Of a DNA stretch of 64,000 nucleotides, positions 55,027 through 64,000 are shown in pieces. The stretch lies in the NCBI GenBank assembly GCA_041665025.1, contig JBAYJP010000001.1, forward strand, positions 211,996 to 275,995, given 5' to 3'. The notes under the pieces were generated by a model. It made no database searches. It saw only the letters and a program-made list of their open reading frames with translations, and was not told the origin of the DNA. How positions within the stretch are numbered: position 1 is the stretch's first letter; the number at the start of each line of letters is the position of its first letter. This stretch comes from Candidatus Magasanikiibacteriota bacterium (GTDB taxonomy: Bacteria; Patescibacteriota; Patescibacteriia; Magasanikbacterales; UBA922). The translations under genes and the position numbers were made by a program.

Positions 55027-56487
55027 CTAGCCCAAAAACCCTCTTGCCTCTGCCGCATGCACTACATGAGACGATAAATCTTCAATCTTCCCACTAAAAA
55101 TAGATTGTGAAATGTATGAGCTAATTTCTTTGTGAACAAAATTATTACGAGTAGCGACTGCATAAAATTTGGTAGCATCTCTCACATCGCGAGGCATATA
55201 TGAAGAATCAAAATCTGCAAACGCACAAGCACTTTGCAAATCGTATTCAATATTTCCGTAAAATGATTTTATAAAAGAAAAATCTTGCTGAGTCAAAGAG
55301 TTGAATGCTAATAATTCTGGTGGGATACCCAAGGAATATAATGCGGCAGTAAATGTGATAGCGCGAGGCAATTGCACTTCTCCGACATTACGCGAATAAC
55401 CAAACAATCCAATATGCATTTTTCTTTTTCTGCGTTTAGGAATAAAAGAAGAAACTTTTTTTATGGCGATAATCAATTCTTTCAATTGCTCTTGATAAAC
55501 TTTTAAATATATCTCAACCAGGGCAAGCGCTTTTTCTTCATCAATTTCAACAGGAGCCCCGGTCTGGCGGGTGTTAAGTTTTGTAATTGCATCTTGAACT
55601 ACGTTCACGGGATTATCAAATTTAAATGAAGACTGAATAGTAAATGTGTGGACACTTGGATATCCTGCTATAAGCTGTTCAACAGTAGAAGGTCGTAAAT
55701 TTCCACGAAATGGTGCTGATCCAGCGCCGAGAATGGGATATACAGGGATACCTGTTTTCTGTGACCAGCGATACAATCGTTGTAATGCAATTTTAACTAA
55801 TATAACTGTAGCAATATTGCCATAATTAACCGCAGGGTCAGAACGGGCGAGAAATACACGTACATACGGAAGATCCTTACCCTTTACATATTCATCAAGA
55901 ATTTCTGCGCAATTCAGTAAACTATTTTTATCTTCAAACAAAGGAATAACATTAATTTCTTTTGGTCTAAATTCCCCAATCCACTCTCCTATGGTAATAT
56001 CACCACTAAAAATCAACTTATCAAATTTTCCCGCGACAAAATCTTTGTAATAATGATAAATTCTATTTAAACTCTTTGCCGAAGTCGCCATGGGCAAAAT
56101 GACTTCAAAAATCGGCGCGATATCACTGCCATAGAATAACCGTGCGGCATCGTATGAGCGCGGGATGCTTTCTAGTGTTTCGAGTAATATTTTTGCTTCT
56201 GTTTGTTCTACCTCTGGATTGGGCACGCGTAATGTAAGAAACACATCTTGCCCTAATTTTTTCGACTTAAAAAACTGCTCATTTTTCGTAAGCAGTTTCT
56301 TTACCACGAAGTTATCTACTTCTTTCCCCTCAAAATCCCACATCTGTTCATCACAACCCAAATGCGAAAACGCATAAAACGCTTCTTGTACTTCATCCTC
56401 TCCCCCAAGCATTCCATTCTCAACAAAAAATGGCTGATGCACATTATCAGGATGCTGGGTGGACATGGTGTGGGGGATGTGGTGCAT
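55027..56487 (-). CDS. ppcA: Archaeal-type phosphoenolpyruvate carboxylase
   Basis: MSTQHPDN, MWDFEGK, IPLFED, FLARSDPA, GSAPFRG, LPRAITFT. Confidence 0.95.
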   Translation of the reverse strand: MHHIPHTMSTQHPDNVHQPFFVENGMLGGEDEVQEAFYAFSHLGCDEQMWDFEGKEVDNFVVKKLLTKNEQFFKSKKLGQDVFLTLRVPNPEVEQTEAKILLETLESIPRSYDAARLFYGSDIAPIFEVILPMATSAKSLNRIYHYYKDFVAGKFDKLIFSGDITIGEWIGEFRPKEINVIPLFEDKNSLLNCAEILDEYVKGKDLPYVRVFLARSDPAVNYGNIATVILVKIALQRLYRWSQKTGIPVYPILGAGSAPFRGNLRPSTVEQLIAGYPSVHTFTIQSSFKFDNPVNVVQDAITKLNTRQTGAPVEIDEEKALALVEIYLKVYQEQLKELIIAIKKVSSFIPKRRKRKMHIGLFGYSRNVGEVQLPRAITFTAALYSLGIPPELLAFNSLTQQDFSFIKSFYGNIEYDLQSACAFADFDSSYMPRDVRDATKFYAVATRNNFVHKEISSYISQSIFSGKIEDLSSHVVHAAEARGFLG

Positions 56488-56498
56488 ACCGTTGTTCG

Positions 56499-58973
56499 TT
56501 ATTTTCTCATCTCTGCTCCAAACTTATCACCCAACATCTTCACCACTTTCCCATGCACTTTATCCACTTCCGCAGTTTCCAACGTCTTTTCTGAAGATAC
56601 ATACGTAATATGATACGCCATGCTCTTCTTACTTTCTCCAAGGCTCTCTCCTTCAAATATGTCAAACAATTCTATCTCGTTGATAAGTGTATCGACATTC
56701 TTTATTTCCTTGACAACGTCTCTATGCTGCACATTATGATCAACGACAAATGCAATATCACGCGTAACCGAAGGGTACTCACTTAATCGATGATAATTGC
56801 TCTTAAATAAAAGCAATGATACGAGTGTATTCAAATCAATTTCTGCCAAAGCAACGCGAGATAAAATACCAAAGCGCTCTTGTTTTTCAGGATGAAGTTC
56901 TGCAATGTATCCGATTCGAACGTCACCAACCTGTATATGAGCAGAGCGACTTCCATGAAACCACGACGCTGTATGTTCACGTGCTGACTGCAGAGTACAC
57001 TCAATTCCTAATCTGTGTAATGTGTTCACCACAACATGTGAAAGCACAAAAAATGGTTTCTCATCGCCTTTACCTGCATATGCAAGGCCCCACATAGTAT
57101 CTTGTTTTGGCAGTAAATGATCACTTCCTTTTTTCTCCCTCTCTCCTGCTTCTTCTTTCCAAAATACTTTACCGATTTCAAATAATCGTACTTCATCAAA
57201 TGAGTGAAGATTTTTTTCAATATTTTCTAACAAATTTGGAACGAGGCTTCTGCGCAGATACGGACGGTCTTTTGCAATTGGATTATCGAGCTCAACGTGA
57301 TCTTCTATATTCAAATCTAATTGCTCCACGAGGTGAGGAGAAACAAACGAATAATTATAACTTTCTGTAAAACGATGCTCAAAACATGCCAATTCTTTTA
57401 TCTTCCGTTCTAATGCACGCAATTGATTTTTTTCTGGCGGAGTAATAGAAAATGTTGGCAACTGTGACTCAATATTTCCAAATCCATATATACGCGCTAC
57501 TTCTTCGACAATATCTTCAGCAATGGAAATATCTTTTGTCGCGCGCCAGGTTGGAATTTTTATTTTCAAGTACGTTTTCTTTTCCTCAACAGTAAATCCA
57601 AGACGTTGTAAAATACCGATGACCTCTTTTCTATCAATTTCTTTACCAATTTTCCGAGTAAGAAAATCAAAATGTAATTCAATCGGACCTTGATACAAAT
57701 GAAAATGTTTTTCATCTACTACGTTACTTGCCACTTTTGCATTGGGGCATATCTCAAGCGTAAGCTCAACAGCACGTCGTAAAGCAATTTCGGCATTATA
57801 CGGGTCAAGGCTTTTTTCAAATCGAGCCGAAGAATCAGTACGCAAACCGAGTTTAAGCGCAGTTCGCCGAACATGTGTTGGTTCAAAATTCGCTGATTCA
57901 AAAATAATGGTTGTCGTATTATCTGAAATCTCACTATTTTCTCCTCCCATTACACCAGCCAATGCCAATGCTTTCCCTTCATCTGCAATCATCACATTTT
58001 CACTCGTCAATTCACGTTCCTGTCCATCCAGAGTTTTAAACTTTTCACCATCTTCAGATTTTCTCACAATAATTTTTATTGTTCCCTGTTCCCTGTCCCC
58101 TGTTCCCTTAAGACGCTTTGCGTCGAAAGAATGCATTGGCTGACCTAAATCATACATGACATAGTTGGTAATATCTACAATATTATTTATCGAACGCATA
58201 CCTACAGACATTAAACTCTTTTGCAGCCAATCTGGTGAAGGACCAACCGTAACCCCATCCACTGCTACAGCCATATATCGTGGACATAATTTTTCATCTT
58301 CAACAGTAACTTTCAATTTTACTTGTTCTTTACTCTTTGCTCCTTGTTCCTTTGTTTTATATTCTTTCAGATCTTTTTTGAACAGCACACCAACCTCTCG
58401 TGCAATACCATAATGTCCCCACAGATCTGGACGATGGGAAAGTGATTTATTATCAATTTCGAGTATGACATCATCTAAACTAAGAACTTTTGATAAAGAT
58501 TGTCCTATTTTTTTCTCACTTTGCGAGCTTAAATCTAAAATTTCTTTTTCATCTTTAGGTGGATACATTTCCCCTAAACCTATTTCTGTTGATGCACAAA
58601 TCATACCAGATGATTCCACATCACGAATTTTGGTTGGCTTGAGTTCAATCAATTCACCTTCCCCATGCCACTTCACTTTGGCGCCAATTTTCGCGAGCGC
58701 CACAAGCATACCTTCACGCACGTTTGAACCTCCACAGACTATTTGAACTTGTTCATTTCCTACATCTACTTTACAGACTTTCAGTCTATCGGCGTTAGGA
58801 TGTTTTTCAGCTAAAACTACTTTTCCCAATACAACATTATCAAGTTGTTTTCCTTGATATTCAACCTTCTCCACCTCAACGGTACTGAGTTTTAACCTGT
58901 CAGCAACTTCTTGTGGTGTAATTGAGTCTGGAAGAATGATATATTGTTTAAGCCAATTATAGGAAATAAGCAT
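56499..58973 (-). CDS. pheT: Phenylalanine--tRNA ligase beta subunit
   Basis: HPNADRL, NNIVDITNYVM, DIVEEVARIYG, RDIAF. Confidence 0.98.
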   Translation of the reverse strand: MLISYNWLKQYIILPDSITPQEVADRLKLSTVEVEKVEYQGKQLDNVVLGKVVLAEKHPNADRLKVCKVDVGNEQVQIVCGGSNVREGMLVALAKIGAKVKWHGEGELIELKPTKIRDVESSGMICASTEIGLGEMYPPKDEKEILDLSSQSEKKIGQSLSKVLSLDDVILEIDNKSLSHRPDLWGHYGIAREVGVLFKKDLKEYKTKEQGAKSKEQVKLKVTVEDEKLCPRYMAVAVDGVTVGPSPDWLQKSLMSVGMRSINNIVDITNYVMYDLGQPMHSFDAKRLKGTGDREQGTIKIIVRKSEDGEKFKTLDGQERELTSENVMIADEGKALALAGVMGGENSEISDNTTTIIFESANFEPTHVRRTALKLGLRTDSSARFEKSLDPYNAEIALRRAVELTLEICPNAKVASNVVDEKHFHLYQGPIELHFDFLTRKIGKEIDRKEVIGILQRLGFTVEEKKTYLKIKIPTWRATKDISIAEDIVEEVARIYGFGNIESQLPTFSITPPEKNQLRALERKIKELACFEHRFTESYNYSFVSPHLVEQLDLNIEDHVELDNPIAKDRPYLRRSLVPNLLENIEKNLHSFDEVRLFEIGKVFWKEEAGEREKKGSDHLLPKQDTMWGLAYAGKGDEKPFFVLSHVVVNTLHRLGIECTLQSAREHTASWFHGSRSAHIQVGDVRIGYIAELHPEKQERFGILSRVALAEIDLNTLVSLLLFKSNYHRLSEYPSVTRDIAFVVDHNVQHRDVVKEIKNVDTLINEIELFDIFEGESLGESKKSMAYHITYVSSEKTLETAEVDKVHGKVVKMLGDKFGAEMRK

Positions 58974-59022
58974 AGTAATATATTAATCAAAGAAATCCAT
59001 TTAAACCTGTTTACACCAATGC

Positions 59023-60081
59023 TTAAAATTGTTCAAGAAAATGTAGATCCCCACTCTTCATCACACGTATCTCATCAATCCCATATTTGAGCATTACTAA
59101 TCGGTCAAGACCAAATCCAAACGCAAATCCTTGATATTCTTGTGGGTCAAGTCCACACTCTTTGATAACATTGGGGTGTGTCATGCCAGCGCCAAAAATT
59201 TCAAGCCAGCCAGTCTGTTTGCATACACGGCATCCCGCTCCCTTACACAGCGTACAGGTAACTTCACCATTCACACCCGGCTCCACAAATGGATAATACT
59301 TTGGGCGCAAACGCAATTGTGTTTCTGGACCGTACAAATGTTTTGCAACTGTTTCCAAAACTCCTTTCAAGTGGGCGAAGTTAATATCCGTGTCTATTAC
59401 CATTCCTTCCACCTGATACAATGTATGTTCGTGGCGTGCGTCAGTCGCTTCATTGCGAAAACAACGGCCAGGGACGATCATGCGTAATGGCGCGCCATAC
59501 TTTTGCAAAGCGCGAACTTGCATAGGTGAGGTTTGTGTGCGCATGACCCATGGAGATGTTCCATTTGGGACATCGTTTTGATTATGTCCTTTAATATAAA
59601 ATGTATCCTGAGAATCGCGCGCGGGATGCGTGGCAGGAATATTCACTGCTTCAAAATTATAGTAATCGCTCTCGAGCTCTGGCCCGTCGAGTACCATAAA
59701 CCCCATGGATGTAAACAAATCTTCCAAATCATTTTGAACAAGCGTGATTGGATGCAGATGACCTTTGGGTTGTGGAGGAAGTTTGGGCTGCGTAACATCA
59801 ATCTTTTCTTTTTCTAACGCACCGCCCCACTCTTGTTTTTTCAGATCTTGTTTTTTCTCTGCATACACCTCTTCAAGTTCCATTTTTACTTCATTGGCAA
59901 GTTTTCCAAATTCTTTTCGCGCGTCGCCAGTCAAATCTTTTAAATTTTTCATGATTTCATTCATTTCTCCTGACCGACGCGAAAAAAATCTTTGATACAA
60001 ATCATCCAGTTTCAAAGTGTCGTTGACTTCGGACAAAGCCTTTTTAAAATCTTTTTGAAGTTTCTCAAGTTGAGGTTTCAT
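59023..60081 (-). CDS. pheS: Phenylalanine--tRNA ligase alpha subunit
   Basis: HPARDSQDTFY, RTQTSPMQ, YPFVEPG, GFAFGFGLDRL. Confidence 0.98.
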   Translation of the reverse strand: MKPQLEKLQKDFKKALSEVNDTLKLDDLYQRFFSRRSGEMNEIMKNLKDLTGDARKEFGKLANEVKMELEEVYAEKKQDLKKQEWGGALEKEKIDVTQPKLPPQPKGHLHPITLVQNDLEDLFTSMGFMVLDGPELESDYYNFEAVNIPATHPARDSQDTFYIKGHNQNDVPNGTSPWVMRTQTSPMQVRALQKYGAPLRMIVPGRCFRNEATDARHEHTLYQVEGMVIDTDINFAHLKGVLETVAKHLYGPETQLRLRPKYYPFVEPGVNGEVTCTLCKGAGCRVCKQTGWLEIFGAGMTHPNVIKECGLDPQEYQGFAFGFGLDRLVMLKYGIDEIRVMKSGDLHFLEQF

Positions 60082-60086
60082 AAGAA

Positions 60087-60395
60087 TTATACTAAACCTT
60101 CTGATTGTAATTTTTGAATTAACTTTTCTTCAGTTTCTCTTGCGACTCTCTCTACGATGTTATCGGTCTTAGGATAGCCTAGATATCTCTCTTTATATCT
60201 TCTGCCCGCTTCGCGTACCTTTTCTTGGTTGGACATCCCTTGTAAATTTTGATCTTCAAAAACTTTTTTCAGGATATTCCACATATAATCCTGCCACAAA
60301 TCATAGTCATCTTTGCGTAAAAACATTTGAAAATAATATTTTTCTAGTTCTGCAACCGTAAGCGACCTATGTTGTTCATGGTGAGTGTCAGACAT
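60087..60395 (-). CDS. Hypothetical protein
   Basis: Co-oriented, tightly spaced ORF. Confidence 0.65.
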   Translation of the reverse strand: MSDTHHEQHRSLTVAELEKYYFQMFLRKDDYDLWQDYMWNILKKVFEDQNLQGMSNQEKVREAGRRYKERYLGYPKTDNIVERVARETEEKLIQKLQSEGLV

Positions 60396-60465
60396 ATATT
60401 ATTTATTTCCACCACGCGGCTCCCGCGGTCTAAATGGTATCACTTTTCCATCCGTCGCTCCATCT

Positions 60466-60810
60466 CTATGTTCTCCTCTTCTCTGCTGTCTCTCTAGCAA
60501 CTAACAGCTCATCCACGATGCCTCTTATAGCTCTAAAAGCTGTCTCAGGGATATCTACATCTCTACCAAATTCTTTGCCTAAATTGTTAACTATTTGTTC
60601 ACGTCCAAGCCCTTCTCGAATTCCTGATACAACTGCTCGCGCTATCTCCCCCAATGTGTCTTCCATCGCCTGCGTAAGTTCTCCACGCGAAACTGGTTTT
60701 TTACCGCGAATAGGTGCAAATGTGATTCCTCTGAGTAAACACTGTGTTTGCAAACCATCACGTATATATATTTCGAGAATATCTGGCGGGTTATTTTGTC
60801 CTTCTGTCAT
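60466..60810 (-). CDS. Hypothetical protein
   Basis: Co-oriented ORF, plausible composition. Confidence 0.6.
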   Translation of the reverse strand: MTEGQNNPPDILEIYIRDGLQTQCLLRGITFAPIRGKKPVSRGELTQAMEDTLGEIARAVVSGIREGLGREQIVNNLGKEFGRDVDIPETAFRAIRGIVDELLVARETAEKRRT

Positions 60811-60840
60811 ATTGAGTAACTAATTATGTTAAATCAGATG

Positions 60841-62031
60841 TTAAAACAACCGTGCTACGTCTCTCCACGTCACCACAACCACAAGTAGCATAAGCAGGAC
60901 AAAGCCAAGCGTATGCGCCAGTTGTTCATATTTCATAGGTACAGGCCGACGAATTACCTTGGCAATCAAGATAAATAGTATGCGTCCGCCATCAAGAGCT
61001 GGAATAGGCAAAATATTTATAGCCGCCAAACTAAGAGAAATCATGGCAGTTACATTTAATAAATAGTTGAAACCAAGTTTTGCGCTTTGGCCCACAACCG
61101 TCGCAATACCCACCGGACCTGATACATCAAACAACAGCCCTTGTCCCATTACTAAATTTTTTATTAATAAGTAAAACGCAATGAAAATATTCAAAAGTCC
61201 AAATACTGATGCGACTAATCCTTTGTATAACGCAAGATACCATGGATAACGAATGATACCCGCGTCTGCAGGCATAATACCGATTACTGCCCTATTAAGT
61301 TCAGAAGAAAATTCAGGAATTATAGAGACAACTTTTTCCTCATTACTTCGATCAATGGTAAACAAGAGTGTTTCACCAGATTTGGTTGAAACATAATCAA
61401 TAAGTTCTTGTGTGGTCTCAATTGGCTCTTCATTAATTTTCAAGACTTTATCGCCAAACTGCAATCCTGCTTTTTCTGCAGGCATTCCTTTTTCCGCTTG
61501 TTGAATTATTACTTGTGGCTGTTCAACTATAATTGCCTTTCTATCGACCCCTTGGGAAAAATCTGTGGGGAGTCCAATCATAAAACCAAGCCCAAGCACG
61601 AGAACGGCGAGAAAAAAATTCATTACCACACCCGCACACAAAACAATAATTTTTTTCCATGCTTTTTGATACCCAAAACTATCTTTTTCTTCCACGCCCT
61701 CCCCATTTTCTCCCTTAATCTTACAAAATCCTCCAATAGGAAGCCAATTCAAAGAATATAATGTTGCAGAAAATTCTTCTTCACGTTCTCCCCCTCCTAC
61801 GGTATTTATCAAATCTGCCGCGTGGTCGCCTTTAGGCGACTTTACGCGGCCAAAAACCCATTTAAATTTCTTTGTCTGAGGGTCACGATACACACCAACA
61901 GCCCGCGGAGGATATCCAAAGCCAAATTCAAATACTTTCATGCCACTTTTACGCGCCGTAATAAAATGTCCAAATTCATGAACCAGAACAAGAATGCCTA
62001 AAATGAGAATAAAAATTAGTATAGTCACCAT
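60841..62031 (-). CDS. rseP: RIP metalloprotease RseP
   Basis: HEFGH, PIGGF, PDZ domain, NILPIPALDGG; start taken at MVTIL. Confidence 0.96.
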   Translation of the reverse strand: MVTILIFILILGILVLVHEFGHFITARKSGMKVFEFGFGYPPRAVGVYRDPQTKKFKWVFGRVKSPKGDHAADLINTVGGGEREEEFSATLYSLNWLPIGGFCKIKGENGEGVEEKDSFGYQKAWKKIIVLCAGVVMNFFLAVLVLGLGFMIGLPTDFSQGVDRKAIIVEQPQVIIQQAEKGMPAEKAGLQFGDKVLKINEEPIETTQELIDYVSTKSGETLLFTIDRSNEEKVVSIIPEFSSELNRAVIGIMPADAGIIRYPWYLALYKGLVASVFGLLNIFIAFYLLIKNLVMGQGLLFDVSGPVGIATVVGQSAKLGFNYLLNVTAMISLSLAAINILPIPALDGGRILFILIAKVIRRPVPMKYEQLAHTLGFVLLMLLVVVVTWRDVARLF

Positions 62032-62041
62032 AAAAATCAAT

Positions 62042-62070
62042 TTGACGTAGTAGTGAATAAACAGTATAAT
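62042..62070 (+). promoter_or_regulatory. Sigma70-type promoter for lemA-htpX
   Basis: TTGACG-17 nt-TATAAT. Confidence 0.75.
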
Positions 62071-62174
62071 GATTAGTATTATTATCCCATAGGTTACACA
62101 AATTAGCAAGCGTAATAACTCAACGCTTTGTACTCTAAGGGACATATATTTAATTCATTTTAACTCACAAACCT

Positions 62175-62738
62175 ATGCTCGCACTCTATATTGTGCTCGC
62201 AGTCGCCGTAGTCTTCGTTCTATGGATTATTGGCGTTTACAATGGGCTTATCAGACTTCGTAATCGCACCAAAGAAGCATGGAGCGATATTGACGTGCAA
62301 CTAAAACGACGCCATGACCTTATCCCAAACTTAGTAAACAGTGTAAAAGGATACATGACGCATGAACGAGAACTTTTGGAAAATATTACCAAAGCGCGTT
62401 CACAGGCCATGTCTGCACAAGAATCAGGCAATACACAAGATCTTGCCAAAGCCGAAGGGCTACTTGGTGGGATGCTTGGCAAATTGCAAATTGCAGTAGA
62501 AGCATATCCTGATTTGAAAGCAAACCAAAATGTTGGACAACTCATGGACGAACTCTCTGATACAGAGAATAAAATCCAGGCTTCACGCCGATTCTACAAT
62601 GGCAATGTCCGCGACTTCAACACAAAAATGGAAGTATTCCCAACCAATATGATTGCAGGAATGCTCAAATTCACTAAGTTTGAATTCTTTGAGATTGAAG
62701 ATGCGAAAGAAAGAGATAATGTTGAGGTAAAGTTGTAA
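62175..62738 (+). CDS. lemA: LemA family protein
   Basis: WSDIDVQLKRRHDLIPNLV, EAYPDLKAN, RRFYN. Confidence 0.97.
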   Translation: MLALYIVLAVAVVFVLWIIGVYNGLIRLRNRTKEAWSDIDVQLKRRHDLIPNLVNSVKGYMTHERELLENITKARSQAMSAQESGNTQDLAKAEGLLGGMLGKLQIAVEAYPDLKANQNVGQLMDELSDTENKIQASRRFYNGNVRDFNTKMEVFPTNMIAGMLKFTKFEFFEIEDAKERDNVEVKL

Positions 62739-62841
62739 CTCAAAAATCAAAACGCAAAGCTCAAAATTGCAACTCAAAAAATCGAAAATTTGTTGGTTTT
62801 GAGCTTTAACTTTGACTTTTGAAATTTGAGTTTTGAATTTT
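62737..62841. repeat. CAAAAnT heptamer inverted repeat
   Basis: AACTCAA AAATCAA AACGCAA AGCTCAA ... TTGACTT TTGAAAT TTGAGTT TTGAATT; same family as 25963. Confidence 0.85.
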
Positions 62842-62846
62842 TCAAT

Positions 62847-63725
62847 ATGTACTCTCAAATCGACTCAAACAAACGAAAAACAACTATCCTCATTCTCATC
62901 TTCACTATTTTTATCATTGCGATAGGCTGGTTTTTGGATGTATATATGGGATATGGATATGGCATAGTCGTGCTGGCAGTTATTATTTCAGTGGTCATGA
63001 CACTAGTGAGTTATTACAAAGGTGATGCTATTGCGCTTGCATCAACTGGCGCGCGCCAAATCGCAAAAGAAGATAATGCCTATGTGTATCGCATAGTAGA
63101 AAATATGGCAATTACGGCTGGTATTCCCACACCCAAATTATATGTCATCAATTCCCCTGCTCTCAATGCATTTGCTACAGGTCGTGATCCAGAACATGCA
63201 TCAATCGCAGTTACGACAGGTATTGTTGCTGCGCTTGAAAATGAAGAACTCGAGGCAGTCATCGCACATGAAATGTCACATATAAAAAACTTTGATATCC
63301 GCGTTATGACCATAGTGGTCGTACTTGTCGGCGCTATTTCGCTTATTAGCAATTTATTTTTTCGTACTCGCTTGCATGGAGGCGACAACAGGAAAAGCTC
63401 TGGAAACCTAGGATCAATTATTATGATTGCAGGAATTGTTTTTCTTATTCTATCACCTATTATCGCCGAGCTTATCAAGCTTGCTATATCACGCAAACGC
63501 GAGTATTTGGCCGACGCATCGGGAGCCTTGCTTACGCGCTATCCCGAAGGACTTGCCCGTGCACTTGAAAAAATATCGCAATCAACCGCGCCCGTAGAGG
63601 GAGCCAGCGCCGCAACTGCACATCTGTTTATTTCAAATCCATTTAAAGGAAAAACTTTTTCCTCTCTGTTTTCTACTCACCCTCCGATTGATGACCGGAT
63701 TAAAAAGTTGAGAGAAATGACGTAA
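62847..63725 (+). CDS. htpX: Zinc metalloprotease HtpX (M48)
   Basis: NAFATG, AHEMSH, SRKREYLAD, STHPP. Confidence 0.96.
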   Translation: MYSQIDSNKRKTTILILIFTIFIIAIGWFLDVYMGYGYGIVVLAVIISVVMTLVSYYKGDAIALASTGARQIAKEDNAYVYRIVENMAITAGIPTPKLYVINSPALNAFATGRDPEHASIAVTTGIVAALENEELEAVIAHEMSHIKNFDIRVMTIVVVLVGAISLISNLFFRTRLHGGDNRKSSGNLGSIIMIAGIVFLILSPIIAELIKLAISRKREYLADASGALLTRYPEGLARALEKISQSTAPVEGASAATAHLFISNPFKGKTFSSLFSTHPPIDDRIKKLREMT

Positions 63726-63766
63726 GCTTACAGACAATACCTATAGGCTCTATTTTAAAATAAAAT

Positions 63767-64000
63767 ATGAATAGACCAAAATTGAATATGGTATTCTTTG
63801 CACTTTTGACACTCGTTCTCTTCGGTGCAGGGTGCAATACAATAGATACCTCAGTAACATCTAATTCAAACACGGACGAACGACAAACAACTCAATTGAA
63901 AACAGGCAATAAAGTATGTGACGAAGATTATTTTATTAATTCATTAAACGCATTCAACACAACACTATTCGACATAGAACCCCTTAGCACGATCGGTGAA
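63767..64000 (+). CDS. Putative lipoprotein, truncated by the window end
   Basis: MNRPKLNMVFFALLTLVLFGAGC lipobox, frame open to the end. Confidence 0.65.
   Translation, partial: MNRPKLNMVFFALLTLVLFGAGCNTIDTSVTSNSNTDERQTTQLKTGNKVCDEDYFINSLNAFNTTLFDIEPLSTIGE

Noticed and set aside
1-64000. Alternative genetic code (UGA readthrough as in Gracilibacteria)
   Set aside because: Conserved genes are full length in the standard code and some, such as holB, end at TGA at the expected position.

Overview
AT-rich (roughly 38% GC by eye) bacterial chromosome segment, standard genetic code. Its gene content (homodimeric GlyRS, DUF4012, DUF1189, stand-alone PEP-utiliser, short TsaB, many genes without a Shine-Dalgarno) suggests a Patescibacteria/CPR genome; this placement is an inference. 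It carries housekeeping genes (gpsA, uppP, metK, rpmG, tpiA, glyS, dtd, frr, holB, mreB, rplJL, tsaBD, prs, dnaE, pheST, rseP, lemA, htpX), six tRNAs, and a de novo NAD operon with an NMN adenylyltransferase-NadA fusion. It also has an ATP-grasp/peptidase/7TM module, an archaeal-type PEP carboxylase, a T-box, an L10 leader, a variant FMN-like aptamer and several GC-rich mini-genes. The main unexplained signal is a pervasive set of short-period (7, 8 or 9 nt) repeat arms. One pair forms a perfect 35-bp inverted repeat around a four-helix-bundle (23S-IVP/Avd-like) gene. About 20 'empty' hairpins or single arms of several sequence families sit between co-directional genes, many filling the whole spacer. 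At least 14 tracts of such repeats lie in frame inside genes (uppP, tsaB, tsaD, nadE, nadC, nadB, pheT, a GT4). All coordinates and identities were counted by hand.
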